From Octopus sinensis (Eukaryota): 64,000 nucleotides of DNA. Shown here piece after piece: positions 12,519-24,560 of this stretch (the stretch's first letter is position 1; every line of letters starts with the position of its first letter). The notes under the pieces were generated by a model. It ran no database searches, was not told the origin of the DNA, and was given only the letters and a program-made list of their open reading frames with translations. The stretch is from NCBI RefSeq assembly GCF_006345805.1, contig NC_042998.1, positions 36,952,001-37,016,000 of the forward strand, in the 5' to 3' direction. The translations under genes were made by a program, and so were the position numbers.

Positions 12519-13040
12519 AATTAGAAATATTGCATTTCTAAAACTCTCAGAGAGAGTTATGCAGTATCAGCACGTTAAAGTGATGGCTTGTTGCCAACTT
12601 AACGTGACAATCTCATGAAAGGGAATAATTTCACTGCTATTTAACCCCAGGAAACACCGGTTCTAGTTGGCTACGTGACACAAGCGTTCTGTGTTCATAA
12701 GTGTTCAAACAAGGGAGATAAACAGCTCCACCCAACAAACCTAGTTCCTAGAGACTAGTTTCAGGGTAATTGCTCTTCATCACTATGGAGTAGCTTGGCA
12801 TTGCTAGCTGTCGGTGCTAAATCACTGCTGAAAGCTTACAGAATTTTAAATGAAATATGTTCACTGATCTACAAAATTAGAAATATTGCATTTCTATATC
12901 TTTCAGAGAGAGAGAGGGAGAAAGAGAGAGCTATGCAGTAGCAGGAGGATACAGTGATGTTTTGTTGCCAACTTAATGTGGCCGTCCAAAGAATGGGAAG
13001 AGTGTTACTGCTATTTATCCAAGAGATACCATTTCTAGAT
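12519..13040 (-). mobile_element. Penelope-like element relic: partial tandem repeat enclosing an eroded hammerhead
   Basis: Direct repeats 12519-~12655 and 12875-~13035, both starting aattagaaatattgcatttcta. Minus-strand TGATGA-AGAG-CAATTA-CCCT-GAAAC-TA-GT-C at 12747-12790, the same motif family as 58231-58271. Confidence 0.55.
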
Positions 13041-13095
13041 GGCTATATATATATTTATTTGTATGTATGTGTGTATGTATGTATGTATTATATAT

Positions 13096-13134
<39 letters not shown>

Positions 13135-13151
<17 letters not shown>

Positions 13152-13197
13152 CTATATATATATATATATATATATATTTATACAAACACATGCATAC

Positions 13198-13257
<60 letters not shown>

Positions 13258-13287
13258 ATATACTAACATATACATACATATATATAT

Positions 13288-13334
<47 letters not shown>

Positions 13335-13410
13335 TATATATATATACTAACATATACATACATATATATATATATTATATATATAATATATATATATATA
13401 GATAGATAGA
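13135..13410. repeat. Compound (CT)n/(TA)n microsatellite with internal duplication
   Basis: (TA)n tract in which the unit tactaacatatacatacatatatatat..tatatataatata occurs twice; preceded by (CT)n from about 13100. Confidence 0.95.
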
Positions 13411-13652
13411 TATACATACATACATATACCACTAAACTCACTCAAATTCCGCAATTAATTTGAGACTGTAGAGTAACTACAGGTGAGAGCAGTACTCCAG
13501 ATGGCTGAATACAAATGGCCTCCATAGAAATAGAATCGGTCCCTAGTCTTTTGTTCTGAAAGTTCTCAGGATCTGTCCGGTCATCATCTTGAATATTTCC
13601 ACCATTTTGGTGATCATTACGTGAAACGAGGCATCGTTGCTCATATAAATAC

Positions 13653-13739
13653 TCAGATCCCATTGTATGAGACTCTGGGATTGTTGCTCCTTTTGATCCA
13701 AAGTATCATTTTTGCAAGTACCAATTAGTAGGTATTTAC
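13653..13739 (-). CDS. Candidate exon (phase 1; alternative donor at 13621)
   Basis: ataacag|GT KYLLIGTCKNDTLDQKEQQSQSLIQWDL. Donors A|gtattt (13653) or CAC|gtaatg (13621). Non-repetitive, but the acceptor is weak. Confidence 0.25.
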
Positions 13740-14151
13740 CTGTTATATGTATATATATATATATGACCTTTTTGAACTTATAATTTTCTGTGTATATATA
13801 TAGATGGTTCCAAACAAACATGATTTTTAATGAAATCCTAATATTTTCAATGAACTTTTTAATATTTTCTCAAGATGTTTCCTTGTAAAGTGTTTTAACA
13901 TTTTTCTTGTTATTATCAAAGAATGTATATATGTATTGTAATATTTTGTGACAACCAGTACTTAACACAACAAAGTTTTTACAAAGCTTTTACATTTTAC
14001 TTTTGACAATATCTTTCTAAAAACGTGAAACCGGTCAAAAAATATACACCTTTTAAAATTGCCTTTTCAAACCTTCTTTCATATATATATATATAGATAG
14101 ATATAAATACACACGCATATTACATCGAAGATGTGAAGTTGATAAATCGTA

Positions 14152-14228
<77 letters not shown>

Positions 14229-14234
14229 CGTTAC

Positions 14235-14348
14235 GATTTATCACTTCCCATCTTCTATATGTTATTGAAGGATTCCTGTAGCTGAAATTGCATTTCTCTA
14301 ATAATATTTGTGGTGCGGAGTGTTCTATTGTTCTCTCGAACTCTCCAG
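14235..14348 (-). CDS. Candidate exon (114 nt, phase 1-1)
   Basis: tttatatctatttatcag| GEFERTIEHSAPQILLEKCNFSYRNPSITYRRWEVIN |gtaacg. Length is a multiple of 3. Confidence 0.3.
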
Positions 14349-15721
14349 CTGATAAATAGATATAAACAAATTTATCAACTGCCATTGATAAATATATGTT
14401 TATATTATTGTAATATATGTTACCCTTCAATAACTTTAAAGCATTATTTGAGCAAGAAATTGAGAATATTGCTACTGTAATCTGTATTTATTTGCTTCTT
14501 TCGTTTTGGGTTAATGTTTCCGTGTCACATAAATATACATTACTGCTTACCGAATAATCCAAGAAGTCGTGTTAAAGTGAAATATGTTCCAGCAGATTTA
14601 CATTTCATGGAGGTACGTATTCGCAAATTCTATCTCTATAATGATGTGCAAGTCCTGTTGCATCTCACTTAACCTTATGGCATTTTGTTGGCAAAAGATT
14701 TCGTCTCTCTTCTCTCAATACAGGGCAGTTGAGCTGTTTTTTGTAGTCGTTTTCGTTTTGGCCTGATTACCAATATCTCTCGCATTCACATTACCCACAG
14801 CTTAGTATTTATATTCCTAGACTCGTTTTGTAATATTTTCGTATTATTCTTCCTGTTGCTGGCATATATCTTGCTTCAATTTTGTGTTCTTTATCAGTTG
14901 ATTTGTAAAACGGTTCCTAAAGATTATTAAATTATTATACAATTATTAAATGAATTGCAGCAGATAATTGGTACTTTGGCCCAAATTACTGTGATCTCTT
15001 TATGAATTTAACTTTTTTTTGCATCTGTCTTTTATAATGTAAAAGTTATTTTATGGTAGTGGTGACGTAAAACGAAATAAAAGAGATCACAGTTGTTCGT
15101 AAATATAGAATATAAAATGCATTTTTTTGGCTTTAAGTGCTTTCTTCATGATATTAGGAACAAATAATGTAGATCGAAGAGATTTTGAATTCCATGATCT
15201 GCGAATTAAATACAGATAAAAGGAATTTAGCCTCTTTTGATTCAGTATATTATTAGTGAAACTTCCTTTATTCTGTGTAAGAAGACTGTGAAGGAAATCC
15301 ATTAAACATATGAAATGTAATCGTGGCCAGATAATTGATATTTAAAATTTTTAAAGTTCTGCACTCCTGTATACTTGTTAGTAGCCTCGTAATGTAGACA
15401 GTATATCATAGCCTGCTACTCCCGCTTGTACAAGAAAGTGAGTTAAATATGGAACCCAGTTAGTATATTGATTATATCAGGTTATCTGTAGAACATTACT
15501 TAGATATACTTAGGCACTTGTTCAGTATTTGTTGTTCGATTTACATTCACTTCTTCTGTAAACATTCAAATATTTCACTTAAACTCACACATCTCTGAAC
15601 TTCATATTATAAGTAAGTACAGATGAATATTCACCCAAATAGCCTAACATCTTTTTCAAGGACTTTCATGTCCTTGAAATAGTAAGCTCACGGACTAGCC
15701 CATGTCATCAATATGTTTTCC

Positions 15722-15826
15722 AATTAAAAACATTTACCATCTAATTTAGTTCCTAGACCATGTTTTCTGACTAATTTCAGTAAACTAAATTTAGGAATTA
15801 AATTAGATGGTAAATGTTTTTAATTT
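15722..15826. repeat. Inverted repeat (~36-bp arms) derived from a Penelope-like terminus
   Basis: aattaaaaacatttaccatctaattta...taaattagatggtaaatgtttttaatt (27 bp perfect), extended by ttcctaga/tttaggaa. Shares ttaaaaacatttacc..ctaatt with the 23.6 kb element. Confidence 0.85.
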
Positions 15827-15961
15827 ACATTCCTTTCGAGAATTTATCCCTAATAACTGGTTTGAGATCTCTACTGCTCTTTCTAGCACAAGGATTTCCT
15901 ATTTGGAAGCCTCTTAATGTGTTTTAATGTACACGATACTTATATATATATATATATATGC

Positions 15962-16130
15962 ATATTTTCTCTCCTTGTTGTGTCCTTCTGTGTCCTTTTT
16001 TGTGGAAGAGCGTAGATTCGAAAGGTTAAAGACTTTTTCACTTTCCGAGTGTTAAACTAAGACATCTGTTTGTTGTCTACACCACATGTCTACGTCTTTT
16101 GTTTGGTATTTTCTTTTGTGAATTTTCTCA
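15962..16130 (+). mobile_element. Penelope-like terminal fragment between (TA)n tracts, eroded hammerhead
   Basis: gtccttttt-TGTGGA-A-GAGC-GTAG-ATTC-GAAAG-GT-T-AAAGAC at 15992-16033. The architecture is hammerhead-like but the core is mutated. Confidence 0.4.
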
Positions 16131-16224
16131 TATATATATATATAATATTAAGGAATGGCCTTAATAGGCTGGTGGCGAAAACAATTTCTATTGAATTTTT
16201 TGCTACCCTTATATTGATTAATTG

Positions 16225-16310
<86 letters not shown>

Positions 16311-17347
16311 TATGCATATACAAATACACATAAGCATATATATGTATGTATGCTTATATGTACGTACCTATGCAAGTAGACGTCTTCCTAATTCACTAGG
16401 CCAAAATAGCTCGATTTCAACATTTGATGTAGTAAAACTATATAGAACTATTCAACGCAATAATATAATGGATTATTATGTGATACTAGAAAGTATTTGT
16501 AGGAAAGTCTCTTGTGCATGGCTTTAATAATATTTTGAAAGCAAATAACCTATGTTTGTAGGTACGACTTTCTAACGAAAGTGGAAACACTGCCATGTAG
16601 GTTGCTCTAACCTACAAGCACTTAATCACAAGGCAGCTTGAACTGGTGGTCTATGAACTATCCTGCAAAAACACTCTAAATGAATTCAGATGTTATCTGA
16701 ATCGGAAATTGCAGAGAAATCCAACTGTTTCATGTCACAGAATAAAAAGCATTCTTCGATTCAACAGATAACAAAATCTCTTCACGAATATAAACCCTCG
16801 CATTCTATTCCCTGGGGTGTTCAGTAACGGTTAACAACCATCCTTAGATATATTGATAACAACAAAAGAAAAGAAAACACCAGGTAAGAGAATTATGTTG
16901 AACCAACCCACTTACGATTCTACCTCATCTTTACATTCAGTCTCTCGAAAAACATTAGAAGCTACATTCGATATAACTTTGCAGAACGAACCTATCTTAC
17001 TGAGTCAAATCCGAAACAAGAGAAGAAAAGACTAGAGACATTATAAGATAATTGTGAGAAATAAGTGCACTAGAAATCTCATGAATTTGGAATTCAGAAA
17101 CTAAAATAGATATACAACCATTAGATACGAGTAACAGAATACACACACGCACACACACAGACATATACACGCACACACGCAAACACGCACACCCCACAAA
17201 CACCCCACACAAAAACACACACACGTGCGCATGCGCATACCCCACGCCCAACACAGACAAACACACGCAAATAGTGAATAAATTAAAGCAGTGGCTTCCA
17301 TTCGAGATAATCCCGACATGTTCACCAACATCCTTACAAAGTTAAAG

Positions 17348-17390
<43 letters not shown>

Positions 17391-17871
17391 CTGAAATATT
17401 TTGAAAATAAAACAACCATGAAAATTAAATGAGCAGCAAAATCGCACGCACACACACACACACAAACACACACACACAGAGTGACAAATGCAAAATTTAG
17501 TAAGTGCATCCGACTACAGAGTAAAGTATGTAGCTATTTATAAGGTGGTGATATACATTTCAGAGTATGATCACCATTCAAGATTGAAACAATTTGAACA
17601 GTATATAATTTAATATGTATGTAAAGAATTTTACGTGCAATATACTGGGTATACAGGCAAGACACACTGGAAAAGAATGACAGCAAAATATCAACAGATT
17701 CAAGAATCATATACAAGTAAAAATATAATGAGTCAACTTATAGAAAATTGTAGGGTCCAGTCTTGCAAGTGTATTCAGTTCGCTTTCTATTCGAGCAGCG
17801 TCTCTGCGACAGAAGAGCAACTAACTAAAACGTATTTTAATATAAAACAGCAATTAACCAATGCTTATTTT

Positions 17872-18100
17872 GGGCGAGCTGGCGGAATCGTTAGCACGCC
17901 AGGCAAAATGCTTATCAGTATTTCGTCTGCTGCTACGTTCTGAGCTCAAATTCTGCCGAGGTCGACTTTGCCTTTCATCCTTTCGGGGTCGATAAATTAA
18001 GTACCAGTTACGCACTGGGGTCGATATAATCAACTTAATCCATTCGTCTGTCCCTGTTTGTCCCCTCTGTGTTTAGCTCCGTGTGGGTAGTAAAGAAATA
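17872..18100 (+). mobile_element. SINE family A monomer (tail A)
   Basis: gggcgagctggcggaatcgttagcacgcc...gagctcaaattctgccgaggtcgactttgcctttcatcctttcggggtcgataaattaagtaccag...gtaaagaaata. Confidence 0.92.
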
Positions 18101-18878
18101 CGTATGGGTTACTCACTGTACACACAAATACTGGTATGTGTGATGTTCCCTTCCTCTTCTTCTATTTGTTGACACCTTTGTTATCTACCAATGCGTTGTT
18201 TCACTTTAAGGATGATATTTACTCTCCATTATTTCGACTGTTGTCAATTGTTTTGAGTTACGTTTTAACATTGTCATTCTTGCCTTTTTTGAACAATCAT
18301 ATATGATACGTCCCAAAGAATCAACCTTTAAAGAAGAGTTCTGCTTCTACTAGCGGAAGCTATAGGTATCTTTCATAAAGCTCTGTACAAATTTAACTTT
18401 ATGCGGCATTCGCTGTTAGTGTATGTGCAGGGTATGTGGGAATAGAGAATAAAGGAGTTTTTGTTAGGTTATCTCATCGAAAAAGTAGCTTCCTTTGCTG
18501 TTGAAAATACAAAAAAAAATCACACAGGAGAAATTTCAACGTTTTCCTTCAATTTCATACTGCATTTATGTGGCTGTTTATGAAAAAAAATTTGGCTTTC
18601 ACGTAAAACAACTATATTTTGTAGTCATTATCCGTAATCTGCTCCCACAACTCTTCAGTAGCTCTACTTTGCATTGCTTACCAACTTATATGTTCTATGA
18701 TCATTAAATTGCAACGACCTCCGCAATAACCAGTCTTTAATTTGATTTTCCGTTCCTTCGTTAATCGCGAACAGAGATTGACGTCCTACTCATAAACCTT
18801 CACGGTAGTTCCATTATTTGGTGAAAACAATACCACCAAAGCAACTTAAACCATCGAAAGGACGGGTGTATTTGGTAG

Positions 18879-18951
<73 letters not shown>

Positions 18952-19013
18952 ATATATATATATAAATGTATATATATATACAAATGTATATATATTATAT
19001 ATATATATATATC

Positions 19014-19045
<32 letters not shown>

Positions 19046-19160
19046 TATATATTTTTCTCCGTCTTCCCCTCCTTGGACCTTTCCTTTCCTGAGCTTCCAA
19101 TAACACTATACTTGTTCCACGTCCTCATGTTGTGTTTTATCTTTGTTCAATTTTTGGATG

Positions 19161-19232
<72 letters not shown>

Positions 19233-19324
19233 ATGCTCGTCATAAGAATTTTAAAATATTCAACGGAGAACGTGGAATAATTGTGTTTTGGAATTGGTTC
19301 TAAGATAAATCCGTATAAATCTAT

Positions 19325-19520
19325 AAATGGCCAGCGGGGCAAAATGGGTAGCGACAAATCGTCATTCTTTAATGTCTTGCGTTCAAATTCCTCCTTACTT
19401 GGCTTTACCTTTCATCACTTCGGAGTCGATAAAGCAAGTACATTTTCAACACTGGGGTGGGTATAATCTATGTAACCCCTCTCTCGGTATTTCTGGCCTT
19501 ATATCAAAATGTAATATCAA
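19325..19520 (+). mobile_element. Old SINE family A-related copy (tail C)
   Basis: gttcaaattcc...ttacctttcatcacttcggagtcgataaagcaagtac...cactggggt...ctggccttatatcaaaatgtaatatcaatatt. Confidence 0.6.
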
Positions 19521-19619
19521 TATTCATATCCTGGTAACTTCTATATATGTTTCGTAGTTTTAATCACGCCAGAATTTCAGACGAATTAACATATACACGC
19601 ACATATATATTCTCAGCTA

Positions 19620-19632
19620 CACACACACACAC

Positions 19633-19711
<79 letters not shown>

Positions 19712-19745
19712 CACATATATATATATATATTATATATATATATAC

Positions 19746-19786
<41 letters not shown>

Positions 19787-19790
19787 TATG

Positions 19791-19836
<46 letters not shown>

Positions 19837-19876
19837 CATAGATACATACATACATATATATATACAATATATATAT

Positions 19877-19926
<50 letters not shown>

Positions 19927-19930
19927 CATA
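19620..19930. repeat. (TA)n/(CA)n microsatellite
   Basis: Direct inspection. Confidence 0.95.
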
Positions 19931-20149
19931 TCTTTATACACATGCACACACGCACACATACTCACACACTCACACACTCACACACAGAAACGCACCCACA
20001 ACCCACACATATACACAAATGTGCAGTGTGCGTAATTTTATACCCAATTTTCACTGTAATCAGTGCCATGCCTGGTTTTTGGCACCACCATGTTTGTTAT
20101 CACTTTTTGAGGACGTTTGATGATTTTGGTAACGAAGTACATGGGGATG

Positions 20150-20680
20150 AAGATGGTGAGGATGATGATGTTGAGGATGATGATGATGATGATGATGATG
20201 ATGTTAACAGGTGGTGTCTTTGATGGTGGAGGTGGTGGTGGTGGTGGTGGTGCTGATGATAATCAAACAAACAATTATCTCCTTCATCTTCAATCTGATT
20301 ATAAATATGAGGATCATTATGGTTTTTCTTCTTCATCACTATCATCCGATAATTATCCAGGACGCCCACGTCATCACCATTCTCACCATAATCATCATCA
20401 TCACTACCACTGTCACCATCATCATCATCAGCATCATCATCATCACCACTTCTGCTATCACCTCCACCACAAACACCATGACAACCATCACCATCACCAT
20501 CATCATCATCATCGTCATCTTTATCATTATCACCATCTTCACTACCACCACCATCACCATCACTACCACCACCATCATCATCGCCATTACCACCACTACA
20601 AACATATGCAACATCGCCACCATGAACACCACCCCCACTTTCATCATCATCATCATCAGCAGCAGCAGCATCACATGCCC
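20150..20680. repeat. Compound trinucleotide low-complexity tract (GAT)n-(GGT)n-(CAT/CAC)n
   Basis: Direct inspection; accounts for the His-, Ile- and Met-rich ORFs listed here. Confidence 0.9.
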
Positions 20681-22661
20681 TGAAAATTTTAAAAGTTAAG
20701 AAACATTATCCTCCATTAATTTTCGATATTTTGTTGGAAGAATGAATGAAAGAACAGATTCAAGGGATATGCTTCATGTTTTGAGTTTGTTCAACAGGTA
20801 GGACAACCGTTGTTTTAAGACATATACGGCACCTGATTAATGTACGGAATCTGCCTTTGGAATAGTATTTGTATAGCAGAGCATTGGTTGGTGAAGTAAT
20901 ACGAACACAAGGGAATGTAAAATTCAAGAATCGCATTATTTGATTGCAGAAATAAGAGTTATACTGAAAAAAGGTATAATATTTTGCCGACTTCATCCGT
21001 TCCTACCATTCATACACATATCCACCTTTCAAGAATATAACGATGTTCAAATGAAGAATAATTTATGTATCTTATCGACAATCAACTCAATAGTTATTAA
21101 CATTCTATGATATTAATGATATGTTAAACTAACAATAATGATCAAAATATATTACAAACAAGTCTAGTTATAAAATATAGCTTCCAATTTTTATCAGTTT
21201 ATATCGAATGCATTAGTTTAAAGCCAGGGAATATGAACAAGTATTGTTCATATATTGTTCACAATGAAATATATTCTGACTAACACATGAGACATTTTTT
21301 TATATACAGTTTGTATAAGAAACAGGATTCTACCATGGCGTGTGTACATTAGCAAATCCAAAATTGCCGTCGATACTATAAATCATGTCAATTTTATTGA
21401 TGACTAAAATAAGCCGACAAATATTTAAATGGTACTTTCCGTTAATATTGGCAGCAACAGTAATCCGTGAATATCTACAAAGTGAATAAAGGATTAGAAA
21501 TTTGCATTGGACATGGAAAATATATATCCATTGTACAACTCGATATCATTATGTAAATGTATGATATAAATGACAGTGTCCAACTATCTGGATAAATATC
21601 AGTCACTTTAAATTAATGAGAAATAATATATACTGACGAATGGCAGTTAAATCGATTTTACACCATAAGCAGTTATAGTGATATTGGTATGTTCTGCAAC
21701 TTGCGTACTTCATACATGATTATCCTCATGGATTCATTCTTGTGGAAAAGAAGGCAGTGGTTTACATCAATGACCTAAAACAAGTCTTCAATAAACCAGT
21801 GGTAATTTCTTCACTTAAGTTGTCAAGACAATTAATATATGAACAAAATATTTATTAAATGTTCGCTTTTTCTGAACAGTGTGCGAAAATGAATGAGTTA
21901 AACGGTCAAGTAAACGAGACTACTTCTAGGAGAATAACGCAAATTTTATCCTTTTCCTTTCTGACATAGATATGATATATTTTTGAATGAAAGAAATTTC
22001 TATATGTGGTCACTCTATGAACACATTACAGTAAAATGTGCCACTGAAAGCGCGAGAGAGATGTTGATTTCCCCAATGTTTTGAATTTCTATTTACAAAT
22101 CAAATGGTGTATAACAGTAGCTGTCGCATTGAGTGACGTACAGCGGAGCTTCATTTTGAACGTTGAACTTAGCCGTGTTTATTTATTTTTTTTTCTGTAA
22201 TATATTGTTTATTGTAATTTCAATCCCTCAAAAGTGTCCAATCAAAATGATTCAATAGAACCTTTGTGCTGTCACAGCTAAACGGAAAAACAAAAACAGC
22301 ATGTATAGTTATTGAAAACGGAATAACCGTTCACAGGAACGTGTGCCGTTATACAAAACCTTATAAAAAAAAATGTCAAATGAGCAGAAAAAACAATAAC
22401 AATACTAACACTAACATGTATACGCGTGCTTTCGCCACCTCTCACACGAGAGTCCAGGCTTACGGAGTAAGATCGAGTGCAAATATTGGCCAACTCCATC
22501 GTGACGATTATTATGTTCATTTGAAGCAAGCAGAGAGCATCCTGAGACATTATGGTCAATTATTATTCTAATTTCACGACAAAGTCAGCATGAATATTGT
22601 TGTTGCTGTTGTTGTTGTCCTTGTTGTGTCACTATTGTCATTATTATTATTATTATTATTA

Positions 22662-22709
<48 letters not shown>

Positions 22710-22744
22710 ATGGGAAGCTATGGTGACTAGTAGTAATGGTGGGG

Positions 22745-22900
22745 AACAAACAGAGACACAAACATGTACCACCAAGTCCACACGGCTTTGGTCGGCCCGA
22801 GGCTAGAGTAGAATAAACTTGCCCAAGGTGCCACGCAGTGGGACTGATCTCGGAACAATGTGGTTGATTAGTAAGCTACTTACCATACAGCCACTTTTGC
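22745..22900 (-). mobile_element. SINE family B, internally deleted
   Basis: gctttggtcggcccgaggctagagtagaa...cttgcccaaggtgccacgcagtgggactga...gtaagctacttaccatacagccact. Confidence 0.85.
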
Positions 22901-23269
22901 GTTTTTGTTTTCTCATTTCCCCTTTCTCTTCTCATTCCTATTGTCTTTAGTCATGTGGTGTGGTGTGATGTTCGATATTACTGTTCCATTCGTGTTTACT
23001 TTGAAGCTCGGTCTGTTATGTGTGTAGCCTCTGCAATCTGTTTAAGTGTGGTACCATTTCTGTGTATCGATTGAACATTAACCTCTCTGCTATTAATCGA
23101 GCCTCCATATGCTGCCTGAGTATGTTGGTACAGCACTGACGCGCTTTTCCCTTCATTGAGCTCTCGCCATTGTCACCTATACGTTCTCCTATTCTGCGGG
23201 CAGTCTCACCAATTTAGGTAGTTGTCATGCTTCGCACCGTTTCTCAGTACATCGAACTGAAGAACGTAA

Positions 23270-23302
<33 letters not shown>

Positions 23303-23304
23303 AT

Positions 23305-23376
<72 letters not shown>

Positions 23377-23378
<2 letters not shown>

Positions 23379-24200
23379 ATTAGTCAATTTAGGGGTAGCA
23401 AAAAATTCAATAGAAATTATCGCAACCAGCGGCCTGGTGTGAAAAAGAGAAAATAGTCATCGACTAAATATATAAATATACGATTAGGAGTGACCCTAAC
23501 AGGTCACTCGTCCACAGAAAGAAGCAGCCTAACTCACACCGCCAAGTATTAGTAATTCAGAAATTAGGTGAAAATTTAAAAACATTTACCCTAATTCATC
23601 TTTTAGACGTTGCAACGTTTCTGTGTCATTAATGATAAATTAGCTTAATTAAATTAAATTAAGCCAATCTACCAGGTTACACTTCATCAGTAAAAAGGAC
23701 CGGGAGAGACAAATATACACGAGGCGTCTGTATTGATGCCTACGGGATATCTGACTAAAATTTTCAAGACTGACGTGTTCGCGCCAAACTTATCAACAGT
23801 AAATATAAACTGCCGTTCAATCTCAGAATTATTCAGAAAATTATCAATTAGTCAATTAGGGTAGCAAAAAAAATTCAATAGAAATTTATCGCAACAGCGC
23901 CTGTGAAAAGAGAAAATTCATCGACTAAATATATAAATATAACGATTTAGAGTGACCCTAACGGTCACCGTCACCAGAAAGAGCAGCCATAACTCACACC
24001 GCCAAGTATTAGTAATTCAGAATAGGTGAAAATTAAAAAACATTTACGCTAATTGCAAACGTCTAAAAGGATGAATAGGGTAAATGTTTTAAATTTTCAC
24101 CTAATTTCTGAATACTAATACTGGCGTGTGAGTTATGGTGCTCTGTCTGTTGGACGAGTGACCTGTTAGGGTCACTCCTAATCGTATATTTATATTATAT
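23377..24200 (-). mobile_element. Penelope-like element terminus: direct repeat plus inverted copy (pLTR-like)
   Basis: Direct repeats 23377-~23600 and ~23846-24055, then an inverted copy of the same unit at 24056-24200. Flanked by (TA)n; contains a hammerhead. Confidence 0.75.
23600..23696 (-). ncRNA. Type-I hammerhead ribozyme motif, intact core
   Basis: Minus strand: TTTTTA (stem I) CTGATGA, A-GTGT...ACAC-A (stem II, closing A-A mismatch, inner 15-bp hairpin), GAAA, palindromic stem III ACGTTGCAACGT, GUC cleavage triplet (C at 23606), TAAAAG (stem I'). Confidence 0.75.
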
Positions 24201-24260
24201 ATATTATATGTGGTGTGTGTGTGTGTGTTTGTGTGTTAGTGTGTTTGTGTGTGTGTGTAT

Positions 24261-24560
24261 GGAGGCGCAATGGCCCAATGATTAGGGCAGCGGACTCGCG
24301 TCGTAGGATCGTGGTTTCCATTCCCAGACCGGAGGTTGTGAGTGTTTATTGAGCAAAAACACTGAAAGCTCCCCGAGGCTCCGGCAGGGGGTGGTGACGA
24401 TCCCTACTGTACCCTTTCGCTACAACTTTCTGTCACTCTTTCTTCTGTTGGCCTGCTCGCTTAGCCAGCTTGGTGGCATCATTTGATGGCTAAAACAATG
24501 CGAAGCGCATTGTGACCAGCGATGTGTAGCAACATCTGATAGCCTGGTCGGTCACGGTGA
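24261..24560 (+). mobile_element. SINE family C, full length
   Basis: tRNA-like head ggaggcgcaatggcccaatgattagggcagcggactcgc...ggtttccattccc; body matches the reverse complement of 59805-60096. Confidence 0.9.

Noticed and set aside
12954-13409. Long YI/IY-, HT/TH-, VC/CV-, LSIY- and MYVC-rich ORFs here and throughout the track
   Set aside because: They are translations of (TA)n, (CA)n, (TATC)n and (TACA)n microsatellites, which lack stops in some frames.
20117-20699. His-rich 188-aa and Ile/Thr-rich 162-aa ORFs
   Set aside because: Explained by trinucleotide repeats; no splice or homology support. Kept only as a low-interest structural note.
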